A stretch of DNA of 63,885 nt, counting the filler, from Welwitschia mirabilis (Eukaryota), in the NCBI GenBank assembly GCA_051453625.1. It is 7 parts of one record of this genome, joined end to end, with 100 filler letters (N's around TTAATTAATTAA, not from the genome) between each part and the next. Parts side by side here need not be neighbours in the genome. Positions count along the whole stretch, not along the records: positions 36,664 to 51,627 come from JBOZIK010000001.1; 6 more parts are not named here. One strand, written 5' to 3'. Below the pieces are notes generated by a model that saw only the letters and a list, made by a program, of their open reading frames with translations, made no database searches and was not told where the DNA came from. The position numbers were made by a program, and so were the translations under genes. This document shows positions 36,664-51,240 of the stretch, in pieces (position 1 is the first letter of the stretch; every line of letters starts with the position of its first letter).

Positions 36664-39600
36664 TAATGGATTGAGTTAGGAAGACCTTACTAGGAATAGT
36701 TTATTTTTGTTTTCTTCTGATTAGGTCTTCCCATAAGTATTTGGGGTTTTCTTATAAAAGTTTCCAAAAGATAAGTTAATACTCACATTTTGCATTAGGG
36801 CTTTCAAATGATTATCAAAGATAAGATTTGTGTTAAGCCTATTAAATCATGGGGTAGCAGGTTTCTTTTGGAATTGATCTTTCTTTTTATTGTTAAGCGA
36901 AGAAGGAAAGGAATGATTTTCTAAGATTTCTATGTACTCTTCCTCATCGTTCCTATCATTTGGGAAGTTGAAGCCTCATGAGTAAGGGAAGTTGTGTTAT
37001 TTCTACTTTTTGTAACTACCTTACAATCTTTTCATACTTTGTTAGGGTTTAGTAAGGGTTGAGTGGCAAGGGTTCCTTGTGGTCTTTGATTGACAAGCAT
37101 GGTTTGTTGTAAAATCTTCACAAGATTTTCTATGCTTGAATTTATCTTTTCTTGAGTTATAGAATTCCTAATAGGATCACTATGGTTTTGGTAGTTCGAA
37201 GGGCTTACCAACTTATTCAGATGGTTGGGTTGAAAGTTTGAGTTTCCAATTTACTTCTGAAAGGCTGGTAGTTAGGATGAGGTACTTGAAAGTTTCTAGA
37301 ATTTCGTTATTCACTCATCCTATTTTGATAATTGTGACTTGAGACTTGTCTTTGATTATGGTTTTGTGGGTATTTCATGATGTGGTAGCTATCTTCACAC
37401 AAATCACATGTTGAAAGAATAACTTCACTCTTCTCAATTATCACTTTAGTATCAAGGATCATCTGGGTGTATTTCTTTAAAGTAGAAGTGAAATCCTTGA
37501 TGATGCTAGTTGGTTCATTTTTTATTTTGGTTTTGGTTTTCTTATGTTTTACTTCTTTGAGGTCTTTGATGATTTGGCCTACCATTTGGTTTTATCTAGA
37601 GGAGGGTTTAGGCCAAGTTTGACTTACTTCCACTAAGTCTTCTTATACCTTCCATGCATCTTCTAAAGTTTGGTTCAAGAGGTTGCCTCCATAAGAGAAA
37701 TCTATAAGTTGCTTAGTATGAATGTTTAACTCGCTATAGAAATAGTCTATTAATTCTACCTCAAAAAAGGTGTCTAATGGGTTTGAGTGTAAATTTACAA
37801 AGAATAACTCATAAGCAAAAGCATAGTCTTTGTTAGGCTATTGTTGGAAGTTAGTAACTTCTTTCTTACATTTTCGGATGGTGGTTTCATTCATAAATAT
37901 TTTGATAAAGGCTTCTTAAATTTGGCTGCAAGATTTTAGCTCTTATGTGGTACCATTCTAAGCCAAAGTTTAGCCTTATCTCATAATGTCATGGGAAAAA
38001 TGATCATATAGGTTCTATCAGTTATGCACTTTTTATTGTTTCCAGAAGTAAGAATGAGTTGTTCAATTTTAGTGATGTGTTATAGGGGGTCTTCATTAGG
38101 TTCTCCTCTAAAGGTAGGATAAGCATTTAGGTTTTTAAGTTCCCCATCGTTACTTAGAAGTAAGTCAAAAGGGTTTTGAATTTCAAGTCATTTATTGGCT
38201 ATGAGATCTCTCAGAGTCGCACGAGGAGTAGGAGTAATGGTTCCAACGATAGGGGTTGAATTCAGTGAGATAGGTTATTTTTGATGAGAGGTTGACATGG
38301 TAGTATATTTTTCAAAGTTAAAATTAGACTCTTTTATAGAATTAAAATCAGAAATTTCAAAAAATTCTAAAGTTTACGTACATGGGCTATTTTGATTTTT
38401 AATTTTAAAATTTAGCAAATATTCTTGAATATTTTCTATAATGAATTACCTCTCTTTTTAGTATTTTTAACCTTTCCCTATTTTTATCATTCAATTTTGG
38501 TTCACAGAAGTAGTTGTTCTGTAAGTTATCCGGACGATAACCTGGACGACAGAGATAGAAAACACAGACAACCACAGAATGAGGAAAAGCAGAAAAGGGA
38601 TCAGTCATCCAACTGTGACATCTGAATAATAAAAGGGATGTCAGTGGTTAGTAAAAAGTTAAAACTAAAATAAAATACTTATAGAGTATTGGTACACTGA
38701 TGTTGCAGCAAACATCCAGAATACCCACTAAAGCAACAATAACTCTTGATTTCCAAGTAGGCTTCCCCGATAATGACGCCAATTTGTTGCAGTGTGAATT
38801 TATGCGATGTTCATGCCGTGATTTAAGTCCTATTAATTACAATAAGATGCATAAATATAGCACACTAGTATAGACAGAGTGATTCGAATATCGTAATTCT
38901 GTCAAAGGCCAATAGTATGGATAATAAAGAGTTGATTTCAAGAAAGAAATATATAACCTTAATCTATTGAATTAAACTATAATACATGAAATTNNNNNNN
39001 NNNNNNNNNNNNNNNNNNNNNNNNNNNNNNNNNNNNNNNNNNNNNNNNNNNNNNNNNNNNNNNNNNNNNNNNNNNNNNNNNNNNNNNNNNNNNNNNNNNN
39101 NNNNNNNNNNNNNNNNNNNNNNNNNNNNNNNNNNNNNNNNNNNNNNNNNNNNNNNNNNNNNNNNNNNNNNNNNNNNNNNNNNNNNNNNNNNNNNNNNNNN
39201 NNNNNNNNNNNNNNNNNNNNNNNNNNNNNNNNNNNNNNNNNNNNNNNNNNNNNNNNNNNNNNNNNNNNNNNNNNNNNNNNNNNNNNNNNNNNNNNNNNNN
39301 NNNNNNNNNNNNNNNNNNNNNNNNNNNNNNNNNNNNNNNNNNNNNNNNNNNNNNNNNNNNNNNNNNNNNNNNNNNNNNNNNNNNNNNNNNNNNNNNNNNN
39401 NNNNNNNNNNNNNNNNNNNNNNNNNNNNNNNNNNNNNNNNNNNNNNNNNNNNNNNNNNNNNNNNNNNNNNNNNNNNNNNNNNNNNNNNNNNNNNNNNNNN
39501 NNNNNNNNNNNNNNNNNNNNNNNNNNNNNNNNNNNNNNNNNNNNNNNNNNNNNNNNNNNNNNNNNNNNNNNNNNNNNNNNNNNNNNNNNNNNNNNNNNNN

Positions 39601-40386
39601 NNNNNNNNNNNNNNNNNNNNNNNNNNNNNNNNNNNNNNNNNNNNNNNNNNTCTGGATTATAAGATGATTCTCCGGTCCCAAGATCTCCTCTCACGAGACT
39701 GTCAGGTACTATTGAAGATGATTAGGAATCAAGGGGGAGACCTTTATTTATAGACAAAAAGGGGAAGGGAACTGACAGAAAAGTAAAGAATAAACCCTAG
39801 CTAACATGCATAATATAGTTATAATAAAGAAGCAACAACTTGGAAAAACATTATGTAAAACTATGGGAGAATAGTGTCGTCTTGCTGGTCATCTGGACGA
39901 AGGAGGGAACGACGAGGATTAACAATGAGATATTTGTTTAGCTTCTAGTTTAAATGCTTGTGAACTACATGTGAAGTTCTGTTAATTGGTTCTGGAGATG
40001 TCGTCCACTAATGTCATCTAGACGATGATGTGGATGATGATGTTTGATAGGAAGATCTTCAGTTTAACTAGGAGTTATCTGGAAAGAAGTCTATTTGTTA
40101 CTCACTTGGGGTTGTTGTNNNNNNNNNNNNNNNNNNNNNNNNNNNNNNNNNNNNNNNNNNNNNNNNNNNNNNNNNNNNNNNNNNNNNNNNNNNNNNNNNN
40201 NNNNNNNNNNNNNNNNNNNNNNNNNNNNNNNNNNNNNNNNNNNNNNNNNNNNNNNNNNNNNNNNNNNNNNNNNNNNNNNNNNNNNNNNNNNNNNNNNNNN
40301 NNNNNNNNNNNNNNNNNNNNNNNNNNNNNNNNNNNNNNAACAACTCAAAATACTCTATTAAATATTCATAAGTTGGTGTTGCAATA
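36664..40386 (-). mobile_element. Athila-type 5' LTR (38785-40386), PBS and decayed gag
   Basis: LTR ends CACTGCAACA at 38785. Gag has ATLRDLIAN..LKNLNAYPTFRGEPNEDP and CDLCEDSYH. Inserted into the gag of the 40387 element. Confidence 0.85.
38764..38781 (-). other. Primer-binding site (Athila tRNA-Asp type)
   Basis: TGGCGTCATTATCGGGGA versus Athila consensus TGGCGCCGTTGCCGGGGA, 3 nt after the LTR CA end. Confidence 0.8.
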
Positions 40387-43300
40387 ATAGGCTTAACAAT
40401 AATTAACTTTTAATCAACATCTTAAATACTTAATAAAAAATCTAAGCAAAAAATTACCCTTCTAGAAATTTTACAACAAAATTTGAAGAACTTAAAACTA
40501 TGAAAGAATTGGATAAGAAGAAAATAAAAATAAGTTATTCTTAACAAAGTCTTTCTAGCATAATCCCTCACAAATTTAGTGTCATAAAAATCTTCCAAAT
40601 TTAAAGATCTAGGGGCAGCAATGGTAAATGTTACATTAGAAGGAAAATAAAAACATTATGAAAGCTTTAATTAACATTAGAGTGAGTGTTAATATCATGC
40701 CATTATACATTTGCAAGAGACTTGAGCCTACTCAGATTCACTTAGAGTTAGTGAACATTTTAATTAAGAAACCCTTAGAGGTCCTCAAAGATTTAGTAAT
40801 ACAAATTAAAGAGGTCTGTTATCTAATAGATGTAGTTGTCATAGAAGTCAAACACAATAGAGGATACCCATTAATTCTAGGATAAGCTTTCTATGCCACA
40901 GCCCATTGCATTATTGATACTAAGACTAGAGTAATGAAGTGTCACCTACAAAATAAAATGTTTACAATTAGAATTTTTGATGTAGCTAACAAAGTTCTAG
41001 GTATTGAAATGCACTTAGAAGATAATATTAAACCAACTTTATTTATTCAACATCATTCCCTTGAAGAAAGAGGGATAACATTACATGAGCTTACACTTTA
41101 TGATAACTTATTTAATGTTAAAAATTTAGAAGTTATTGATACACCTGAATTTAAGCATAAATTTTTAGATCAAAATAAAAAAGAAATAAAACCCTTAAAT
41201 TATAAGGAAGTTAAACTATTAAACTCAAACCTTGAGGGATATTGTCCACTACATGAGATAGAAACTAAAAATCATCAAGCTAATTTAAATATAAAAAATA
41301 TTTTTAGTGGACTAGAACATTTTTTTTTTTCATGGTGATCAAAATAAAACTCCTATAACTAATAAAAATCTTTATCTAAATAATAGTCAACATTAATATC
41401 CCTTTTGAATTCCAAAATATATGCTTTTATGAGGTATCATACAGATTTATCTGTTATCCCTCTCCTCCTCTAATTGATTTTACTTAAAATTAAATGTATA
41501 CCTTTTATATTTTATTAATTAGTGAACATTTGGTTTGGATCTTATTTCTCTGAAAAAATGCAATATCTTTAAACCATCAAAACAAATCCTTCCCTTTTTC
41601 TTTTTTTTAAATAAAAGTATTGAATATATTTTAGGATTTGAATAAAATTTATTTTTAGTTTACTTCAGTATTTTATTTTTTCTCTTATGTTTTATGATTT
41701 GGACTTAGATTTTGTCATTAGATTTTTATTTCAATTTTCTGCGTGTGTTGTTCTTTCAGTTGTTCCCATGATAGTCAGGATGATAATATTTATTTTCCTT
41801 TCTCTTTTTTGACTTCTATTAGATTCCTATTTTCTATTTTTGCTTTCTGTCTTTATCGGCCTCTTTGTCATCTAGATGATAAGAAGGATGACTGTCAGTT
41901 TTTTGAATTTGGTCTTTTATTATTTTTAAGAAAATACATTCTAATGGATCTATTGAGATTTTTGACTGAAGAACTTAAGAATTTGAGAAATTTAATGGAG
42001 AATGGCTGAAATTATTCGAGCAACCATTTGAATTTTTTCTTAGCTTTTTCCTTTCAAGTCCATTATGACATTACTTAATCATATTTCAAACATGACTTAT
42101 GTATTTATTTTTATGATTAGTCTTTTAACTTTGGTATTTTATAGTGGTAAGATTAGATTCACCACATCTTAAGACATTCACATGTCTATAAACTTTAGTT
42201 TGAAGGAATATTCTTTATTTTTGATGTTTTTCTCAATGGTTAAGAGGACTTAAATTACTTAAGAGTGTTCTTTTCTATCTTCATTTTATAACTTCACCTT
42301 TGTCTTTTAGAGTGTTTGGTCATATGGAATGTTTTCATTATTGAAATTAAAAAGTGTGTAATAATACCATGATGTTTTATATTTGAGATATTTCAAGAAC
42401 ATAGTCATCATGATGTCCCACCACAAGTACACTAGGGTAAATATTTTTGAGAGGAGCCTTTAGTAGTATAATATGGTAGCTATGAGAACTTCACTAGGGG
42501 GTCAGTTGGCTATGATTTATGAGTTCTTACTTCTCTAATTGTGGTTGTACTCCCTTCATCATGGATGATAAAATAATAAAAACTTAAAGACTATAGGATC
42601 AGTGATGTTTATGATGTCATAAGAGAAATTACTTATTTCCTAGACTCTTAGTTCCATATGATCATTTAATTTTTTAAGATTAAGATGTTTATTTTGAAAT
42701 TTATTTTTGAAAACCTCATTGATCTGATCATTCATCATTTGAAGCACTTCATTTTTAGCATCATCATAACCACTACCTCATTAAATGGAATTATGCATTT
42801 AGTCATGTATTTTAATATTAAGTAATGTTATGACTTCTTTCATTTGAATCTGCTATGTTAAAATTTTAGATAGGTAGGCTATATTCTTTATGTTTCCTTA
42901 CATCCATTCTTTTTTTTGCTCTTTTATTGTTTGGTTAGTTATTTTTAAGTCATTTTCCTATTTTCTTAATATTTTTCTTACTTAATTTTCAATAAAGAAT
43001 TAATTTATTATATGGATAAATAGTTTTTTATGTTTATTTTTAATCTTTTGGAGTTTCTTAATGCTACTCCTAATCATTTTGAGATAGAACATTTTCTTTG
43101 CTTGTTAGAATATTTCATACCTATATAATTTTCAAATCAGATATTTCTTTACTTAGCATTGTACTTAATTTAGAAAGTTGTCCAAATTTAAAATTCCTCA
43201 TTATTTGTCTTCTCACTCTAGTCTATGTTTTTTCCTTTATTAGCCAATATGAGATCCATTATTTTTCTGAGGGAAGGGGTAGAATCCATTTTCATGGCTT

Positions 43301-44576
43301 ATTTTTAAATTTTTTAATTATTTTATGCTTTCGTGAGACATAATTTTAAAATTTTCATACATGTTATTTTGCTCTATTATGTGTTTATGAACCTACTTTA
43401 TAATTTTTAAATTGACTTTTATAATATAAATTAGCTTGCATTTGCGCTTTTTTGCATAGTTTTTATTAGAGACTGATAAAGTGGAGGGTTATGATGCATT
43501 GTCAATTTGTGGTTATTTGATGGAGTTTTATGAGCTGTTTTTTAGGATATTTACATAGTTTTATATGCAATCCTGAGTATTTTGAACAAATAATAAAAGA
43601 TCTCAGAGATGTTAAAATTCTTAGTAATATTTAAAGCATTTAAGACATGTTCTAATACATAGAGCTTTAAAGAAATATTAATGATAGAAAGACTAGCTTT
43701 CCTTCATTAAAATGAATAAATAAAACCATCATCCTCTATGTTGTCCTTACAATAGGCAGGAAGACAACACATTTGCATGCTGATGTAGACTACTAAGTCA
43801 TCTACTAAGTCATCGTTTGTAAAGAGCTATTGTGCCCTATGTCAACCAGATGACAGTCAAGACAACCACTACAACTGACTCTGATAGCTAATATTAACTA
43901 TTTCATCTGTTTCTTTTTTATAATGAAGAATATTTTGAAGTACCTTTTATATAATGGTTTTGCTTTGTAACCCATTGTTTTGCTTTGTAACCCTATAAAT
44001 AAAACCCCTCTTTGACTCTCTTCTCCATATTCATTACACTGAAAATTCTTGTGATAGGAGATAAAAGGGCAAGAGATCTATCTCGAGAGTTGCAAAAAGA
44101 CATTTCCATAGTGAAGGGCTATGCATTCTTTATTGAGGCCTAGTTATTTTGTAACCCTGATGTTTAGTTCTTTTAATACAAAATCATATTTTCATTATTA
44201 CATTTATATCTATTAAATGTTCCTTATAGTTTATGTTACCTTTGATCTGGTAACAATTTCATTAGTGATATAGATTTGAAGGGCAACCTTTGTTAAGGCT
44301 AAGAAAAGTATTTTAGATTTATTTTGTATTACATTTAGACTTAGTTACAGTTTCATTTGCATTGTATCTTTAAATTTTGCATTATTATTTAAAATTCTAT
44401 TACATAATCTTTGTGAAAATCAATCATTATTTTCCTCTCATAAATTTTCAATGAGATACAACATTTGGTTCATTTCCAACTATACTAGTCTATTATATTA
44501 TGCAAGATAGTTATTTTATTTGTGAATCATAAGATCTTTTTGGGTATAAATATTTGCATAAATACACACTTCAATA
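40387..44576 (+). mobile_element. Athila-type non-autonomous element 3' part (gag C-term, PR, non-coding, PPT, 3' LTR 43492-44576)
   Basis: KALINIRVSVNIMP..YPLILG. Coding stops at SGLEHFFF (41338), equivalent to SGLKYIFL at 14425 just before RT. PPT AAGTGGAGGGTTA. LTR ends GCATAAATACACACTTCAATA. Confidence 0.83.
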
Positions 44577-45354
44577 ATGATTAATGTTTATAAAGTATTT
44601 CTCATGTCACATTAGCCTCTTTAATATAGGATTACTATATTAGATAAGAAATACTATAGTTTGCTTTGAATGCTAATAAATATAATGAAGATTGCTATTT
44701 TTATGAGATCTACCTTAGTCATTCATTATTCTTGAAACTTAGCATAAACCTATTTAATATCATACAAAACCACTCAAAATACTCTATTAAATACATGTAA
44801 TTTGGCAGTGCAACATAGCCCCATACTTAGCCTTATTAGTCCCTGACAGAACTAGGCAAACAATTATATTTATGAGCTAAATTGACTAATAATAATCATG
44901 TAGGGAACTATGAAATAAACTCAAAAAGATTTTCAAGAATGTTATAATGCAGGATAAAAAATTAAAAAATAGATAACTAAATGTTTCACCTATGTAACAA
45001 AACTGGCCATACTATTATCCTGGTTGTTGTCTAAACAATGGAGTGGACGATATGCCAAAAAATTATTTTTTAAAAATAAAAGCCTAAAAAAACATTTTTA
45101 GAAAAGATAAACATTAAATATACAAGTAATTAATAGACCTACACTAAAATGTATAGTAGATAAAAGATAATCATGTATATATAAATAATCCTCATCATGA
45201 AGTGATAAAAATGATATGTAAAAAATATGCATGATATCTAGTAATAAAAATCATATACCATGATGATACTTAAAATAATATGTCTATATATAAATTAAAA
45301 GTGTTGTAAAATTCATGAAGGGGAAGATACAAAATACAATATGAAGTGACTTCT

Positions 45355-45721
45355 CTTACTTAGCCATGATGAATTCCTAATCTGCTTTAGGCTCAAGTAT
45401 AGGAGGATTAGAGGGAGAATGCTCAAGATCTATAAGAAAATGATGGTAAACTAAAGTCTTGTTCATATCTGTTATCTTATCTCCTTGCACTCAAACTATA
45501 TCTAGGATATCTATTATCACGTCATGCTCTATTTGTAAGATGTACTATCACACATTCACTAACTGCTCTTCAGTGCATTGTACTCTCTTCTCAATTATTG
45601 TGATCCTATGCTTGAGGGTAGAGATGCCTTAGTCCACTATCTCTTTAATTATTTAAGTGGTCACTACTAGGAGAACCTGAATCTACTCTAAGATAGTACT
45701 AACCACAAGTCTATATACCTG

Positions 45722-45796
<75 letters not shown>

Positions 45797-45896
45797 NNNN
45801 NNNNNNNNNNNNNNNNNNNNNNNNNNNNNNNNNNNNNNNNNNNNNNNNNNNNNNNNNNNNNNNNNNNNNNNNNNNNNNNNNNNNNNNNNNNNNNNN

Positions 45897-45965
<69 letters not shown>

Positions 45966-46830
45966 TGCCTATATCTTGTAAGTAATAAGATGAAATCTGT
46001 ATGTATGTAAATCTTTGCTCACTTATAGACTCTAGCATTCCAAAGCATCTAAACATAGCTAAGAGAAATCATGTATATTCTAGAGTTTGAAGTTGATGTG
46101 CCTCTATCATTGTCTTAAATCTCTTCTAGATAAACATTGGTAGGTCCATCTATTCATCCTATGTAAACACTGCTAACATCTGCAAATGTGTGACATAGCA
46201 TAACTATCATGGAATTATGGACTAACATTATGAATTAGCCCTCTATATAGAATCTAAGATGAAGGTAACAACTATGTAACTAAGACTCCTTATCTTTTTA
46301 AAGTTAAATCTACTATGATGTCAAGTGATACATCATAAGCATGGTTCTTCTCTATTCCACTAGATAAATGTATATGTTTGCTTCTAATAACACTAAGTTT
46401 AGTTACCACAGTGATATGGTTTAAGATTATGGTGATCTCATGGCCTTAAATAGTAGCTAGTATCATGTTAACAAGCTAGCCATGAGCGTTAGGACGCTAT
46501 TTTATATGCATCATGTCGTAGAACTCCCTTATCTCTGATATGTAATATGTCTCTTGTGTATCTAATATCCACTAAATCTATAAATTTGTTAGTCTCTAGT
46601 TCACCTCTACCTTTATAAATATCACTAAAATTACTAAAGTATCTCTGAAAATGAATGATTGCAGTCTATATAGTAAGGGATCTAGTGTGATGAGGTAGAG
46701 GGTGGACTGGCTCTGCACGCTTAACCTTGGGTAGTGCCAATGGGTCTGCCTCCTACTCAATAGTCATGCCTTCTAGCTCAACCTATTTATCTCTATGTGT
46801 GAATGGCCTACTTAGTCATAAATATGAAAA
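45355..46830 (-). pseudogene. Athila extra ('env-like') ORF, decayed, interrupted by a microsatellite
   Basis: YYISEIREFYDMMH (about 46505-46545) resembles the Y..LVREFYAN motif. Lies between the internal non-coding region and the PPT, and ends near GCTAAGT. Confidence 0.5.
45725..45963. repeat. (TC)n(AC)n compound microsatellite spanning a gap
   Basis: Direct observation. Confidence 0.95.
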
Positions 46831-49356
46831 AGTATTATACAAAGTTAAGTGAAAATCTCTAAGATGTATCACATGGAAGCTTGAAACAACCCCATAAATT
46901 GGTTTTTAATGTGTAAAAATATTAAAATATGTCTTGCCATTCCTTAAGAGTGTTAATACATCTCGTATTACCTAATCAGGGAAAGAAAAATGCAAAACAC
47001 GCAAAAACGTTGAAATGTGTAAATTAGGTGGATCCTACATAAGGTGAAAAATGAAAGTGCTCAAATAAAAAATCTAATCTAATAGAAATCTAGAGCACAT
47101 CTACTAATCAAGTTTTCTTCAAAGACCACTACATTTTAACTTATAGTTTATGAGAACATGAGTTTTAAAGTTAAAACCTAATTCTACCTCATATGCATAA
47201 TTTATTACAACTTGCAAAATATGAAATGAAAACCAGATCTGTAAGTTACAAATCAAAAAGCATGAAAATATAGATAATGTATGTGAAAACTACATACTAA
47301 AAGGCTAAAAAATGGGAGAAAAAGTTTTTAAAAAAATAAGGAAGACAAAAACATATCTCATTTTGAAAAATCTAGTGAAATCCAACAATCCAAGGCACGA
47401 ATCTAACTAGGACAAGTTTTAAAATGTTGGCAGGGTTTAGGGGTATTGTTTTCTCTCAAGAGAATAGGTGAAAATAACAAAGAATGAAAGAAAAATAAAG
47501 GGAAAAAAAGTCAAGTCATGATTTTATCACATTATTATCGGGTCACATCATTCATATAACAGCCCTATGATAACTATCCAAAAAAATCTCAGTGTCATCC
47601 TCTAATATTGTTTGAATGATGAGGTGGATGATGGGACTTTGAAAAGTTTTAAAAATGTTGAGATGTTAGCTAGACATGTTAGGCTTAGGTATTAGCATGA
47701 AGGTATTAGACTATATTAGAAAACTCAAAAAATAGGAAATTGTAAAAAGTCATGATGAAATAAAGATGATGAGGAGAAAGTAAAAGAATTTAAAGATAAG
47801 GCAATAAAAAATGCACTAAGTAAGATTAAAGATATTAAAAAAATAAATAAATGTGCCCAAACTAAAAAATAATCATAAAAATATGTGAAACTCGAAAAGA
47901 CTCAAAAGAAACTCATAAAAATCATGAAGAATAAGATACGATCATATAATTAAAATGCTAAAAGAAAATAAACTTGTTAATAATAAAAATAATATAAATA
48001 ATAAAAAAGAAACTATTGAATGATAAGATCCTAAATGATGATGAAAACTTACAAAAACAACATTGGAATAACAAACTAAAGAACTACAGAAAAGTAGAAT
48101 GAAAATAAACAAAGAATGAAAATAAACATAAAGAACATGAAGAATATAGCTTACCTACCCTAAATTCTAACCTACTAAGCCCTCTTAAAAAACATCATAA
48201 ATCCACCTGAGTGAGGATGCATAATAAGCATATTAACTTCATAAAGTTTGACTCAAAAAGGTAGTGGTTATAATGACACCAAAGATTAAGTACTCAAAAC
48301 AATAAATGATAAGATCAAAAGCTACTCAGAAATAAACTTACCTATTAAAAACCTAAAAGACACCTGATTCCTCAAAAGTGAAATGATTATGTGGGAATAC
48401 TAAGAGTCTAGAAAATAAGTAATGCCTCTAATGATACGAGAAACATCACTGATCTCATAGATTAAAGTTTTATTACTACTTTCCATGATGAGAGAAGTGC
48501 GAATATAGTTAGAGAAGTAAGGACCTATGAAGCATAACCAATTAACCCTCTAGTGAAGTTCCCATAGGTCTCAACACTACCAAAGATTCCTTTTAGAGAA
48601 ATTTATGTTAGTCTGATAGGACATCATGTTGACCATGTATCTTAGCATAGATATAATAGATCATAATCATTATTTATTATTATTATCACTACTACCGCTA
48701 CTACTACTCCTCAAATAAATAATTCCCACATGATCATACACTTAATAAGTCAAAGGTGAATAAATGAGATGAAAAATTAAAAAAAAAAACATCTAAACAA
48801 TCAAAGACCTCATATCATTGAAAAAAACATAATAACCAAGGCATCTTCCTTTAAAGTAAAGTTCATAAACATGTAAATGTCTGAAGATTAAGTAAATCCA
48901 ATTTTATCACTATAAAAATACCCAAGTATGAATATTAGTTATGAAAAGTTCATAAAGCAAATACATAAGTCAAATTTTAAAGATGATAGGGTAAAAGAAT
49001 TCAAACAATGGTAGGGTGAAAGTTCTCCTTTTCAAGAGGAACCTCCCAAATAATAGCTTCTATTATATTTAAGGTTATATTAGAAGATCTTTTATATATT
49101 TTTAACCTTTGTTCATTAACTTTTTAAATTTCATTAGTATCTAAATAAAACATTTTAACATAGACATTAGAATGTACCTTCTCTATAAGATAAGGACCTA
49201 ACCCTTTATAGGTCAACTTGTTATGTAAAATATGTACTCTAGCATTGTATAAAAGAACAAATTGATTAGGTTTAAACTTTTTATAAAATAACTTTTTATT
49301 ATGTTTAAACTTAGATTAGGCTTTATGAGATAGTTAATGATGTATAAATGAGTATG

Positions 49357-49953
49357 TATTGTGCTGCCAATTTACAGTTATTTAATAAGTTTTATGTGTT
49401 GTATTACAGGACTTTTATATAGGTTTAAGTGCAATTTTAAGGATTTTGGAGATACAAGAGGAAATCTCAAAAAAGTATAGTTATTTTTCAAATTTGATGC
49501 ATTTAAGACACTCTCTAATGAATAGAGATTTTTATGACAAAACTACTAAGTTTCTCCTTAAGAAATACATTAAAGAAGATCATCATCTCCTCTGTCATTC
49601 ACATGATAGATAGGATGACTCCTACTTATGTAGACTACTAAGTTATCATTTTGAAGATATTTTGTAATAGTTTGTTATCCCCCATGTCATCTGGATGGTA
49701 GCCCAAATGACACTAACATGTAAATATCATTAACAGATTCCCTCAGCCGTTTCGTCTGTTTCAGAGCCCTTAATGAGTATGTGTAACTATGCCTTCTATC
49801 TATCTGTTTCTGCTGTATTTTTTTATAAATAAATCCCCCTTCGCATTTGACTCTCTTTCTTATCTTCGATGCATCAGAGATTCTCATGACAGGAGAGCAA
49901 AGGGCCGAAAATCTATCTTGAGAATTGCAGAAAGATGAGCACTTGGTGGAGGG
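49357..49953 (+). repeat. Athila-type LTR 5' part
   Basis: TATTGTGCTGCCAATTT start. Reverse complement of 17490-18076 and 53130-53715. TATAAATA at 49824. Confidence 0.8.
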
Positions 49954-50053
49954 NNNNNNNNNNNNNNNNNNNNNNNNNNNNNNNNNNNNNNNNNNNNNNN
50001 NNNNNNNNNNNNNNNNNNNNNNNNNNNNNNNNNNNNNNNNNNNNNNNNNNNNN

Positions 50054-51240
50054 AGTTGATCATCCTCATGTTATTCTAATCGACTTTTATTTCTTATAGC
50101 TTCATGTCTGATCAACCCCTTAAGGTTTGGTTGAGCACTTATTTAATTTCCCACATATTCATCTAGTTGTCCCTTTTGTTCACAAAAAATTACAATAGTG
50201 TTTTATACTCTATGCCTGATCAACCTTATAAATGTCCAATCGACCCCTTACTAATAAAGGGTGAATGCTACTCCAAGTTCGGTTAACTCCTTAGAAATCT
50301 GGTCAACCCCTTAACAATTAGTTATGAAAATTTAATGCTCAAGTCTAGTTAANNNNNNNNNNNNNNNNNNNNNNNNNNNNNNNNNNNNNNNNNNNNNNNN
50401 NNNNNNNNNNNNNNNNNNNNNNNNNNNNNNNNNNNNNNNNNNNNNNNNNNNNNNNNNNNNNNNNNNNNNNNNNNNNNNNNNNNNNNNNNNNNNNNNNNNN
50501 NNNNNNNNNNNNNNNNNNNNNNNNNNNNNNNNNNNNNNNNNNNNNNNNNNNNNNNNNNNNNNNNNNNNNNNNNNNNNNNNNNNNNNNNNNNNNNNNNNNA
50601 AGATACAACATGTTTTTCTAAACATAAAATGTTAGTTTGGCATCAAATTAATTAATAATAACTTAATGATCTCCCCCTTTGACATTGATGGCAAACTTAT
50701 TCTTAGTTGAAAGTATTAATTTTGGAAAGCTTCCCCTTAGAAAATTACCATTAAATTTGCAAATAATATTAAAACATTTATATCAAATGAGACAATTTTA
50801 GAGATTTTTTAATTTGTGCTATAATTAAAATAATTTGTGAGGTGTATAATTTTCAAAATATAAGAGATAAAGGAAATTTAGATCAAGAATTATTTAAGAG
50901 CCATAAGATATAACAAAAATTATAGTTTATGATTAAATAGATGTGCACTAAAAAAATGAGAGATAGAAATGATAATAAAATGCATTTTTATTACTAAAAG
51001 TTAAACATTACAATAAAAAGTGCTCATCAAGAGCAGTTACAACTAAATAAAGTAGCATAAACAACTAAATAATTCTCCTCCTTTTAATATCAATGACAAA
51101 GAAGAGAAGAAATACAAGTCAATTGAGTAAAATTTTGACCTATTTATTTTAACTGTTTGAAAAGATAAACCTAGAGGATGATTCCATTCCAAACTAGAAA
51201 AAAACCAACTATAAACAATAGAAACATAAAAAACATACCC
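50054..51240 (-). mobile_element. SIRE-type 3' end (multi-PPT plus LTR 5' part)
   Basis: Minus strand TTTGCCATCAATGTCAAAGGGGGAGAT at 50669-50695 (compare 55831-55857). Further PPT-like runs at 50731 and 51074. GTCAACC motifs at 50050-50310. Confidence 0.75.

Larger units (their letters stand above)
44577..49000 (-). mobile_element. Athila-type 3' region with extra ORF, PPT and start of 3' LTR (44815)
   Basis: Minus strand AAGGCTAAGTATGGGGCTA-TGTTGCAC junction at 44815. Conserved block at 48525-48640. Confidence 0.72.

Noticed and set aside
38972-39753. Long ORFs in the ORF track spanning N runs (also 18694, 29857-30426, 40025-40387, 50332)
   Set aside because: Open only because N codons translate as X.
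45683-46056. ER/RE, LS and VC dipeptide-repeat ORFs (also 26414-26743)
   Set aside because: Translations of microsatellites.
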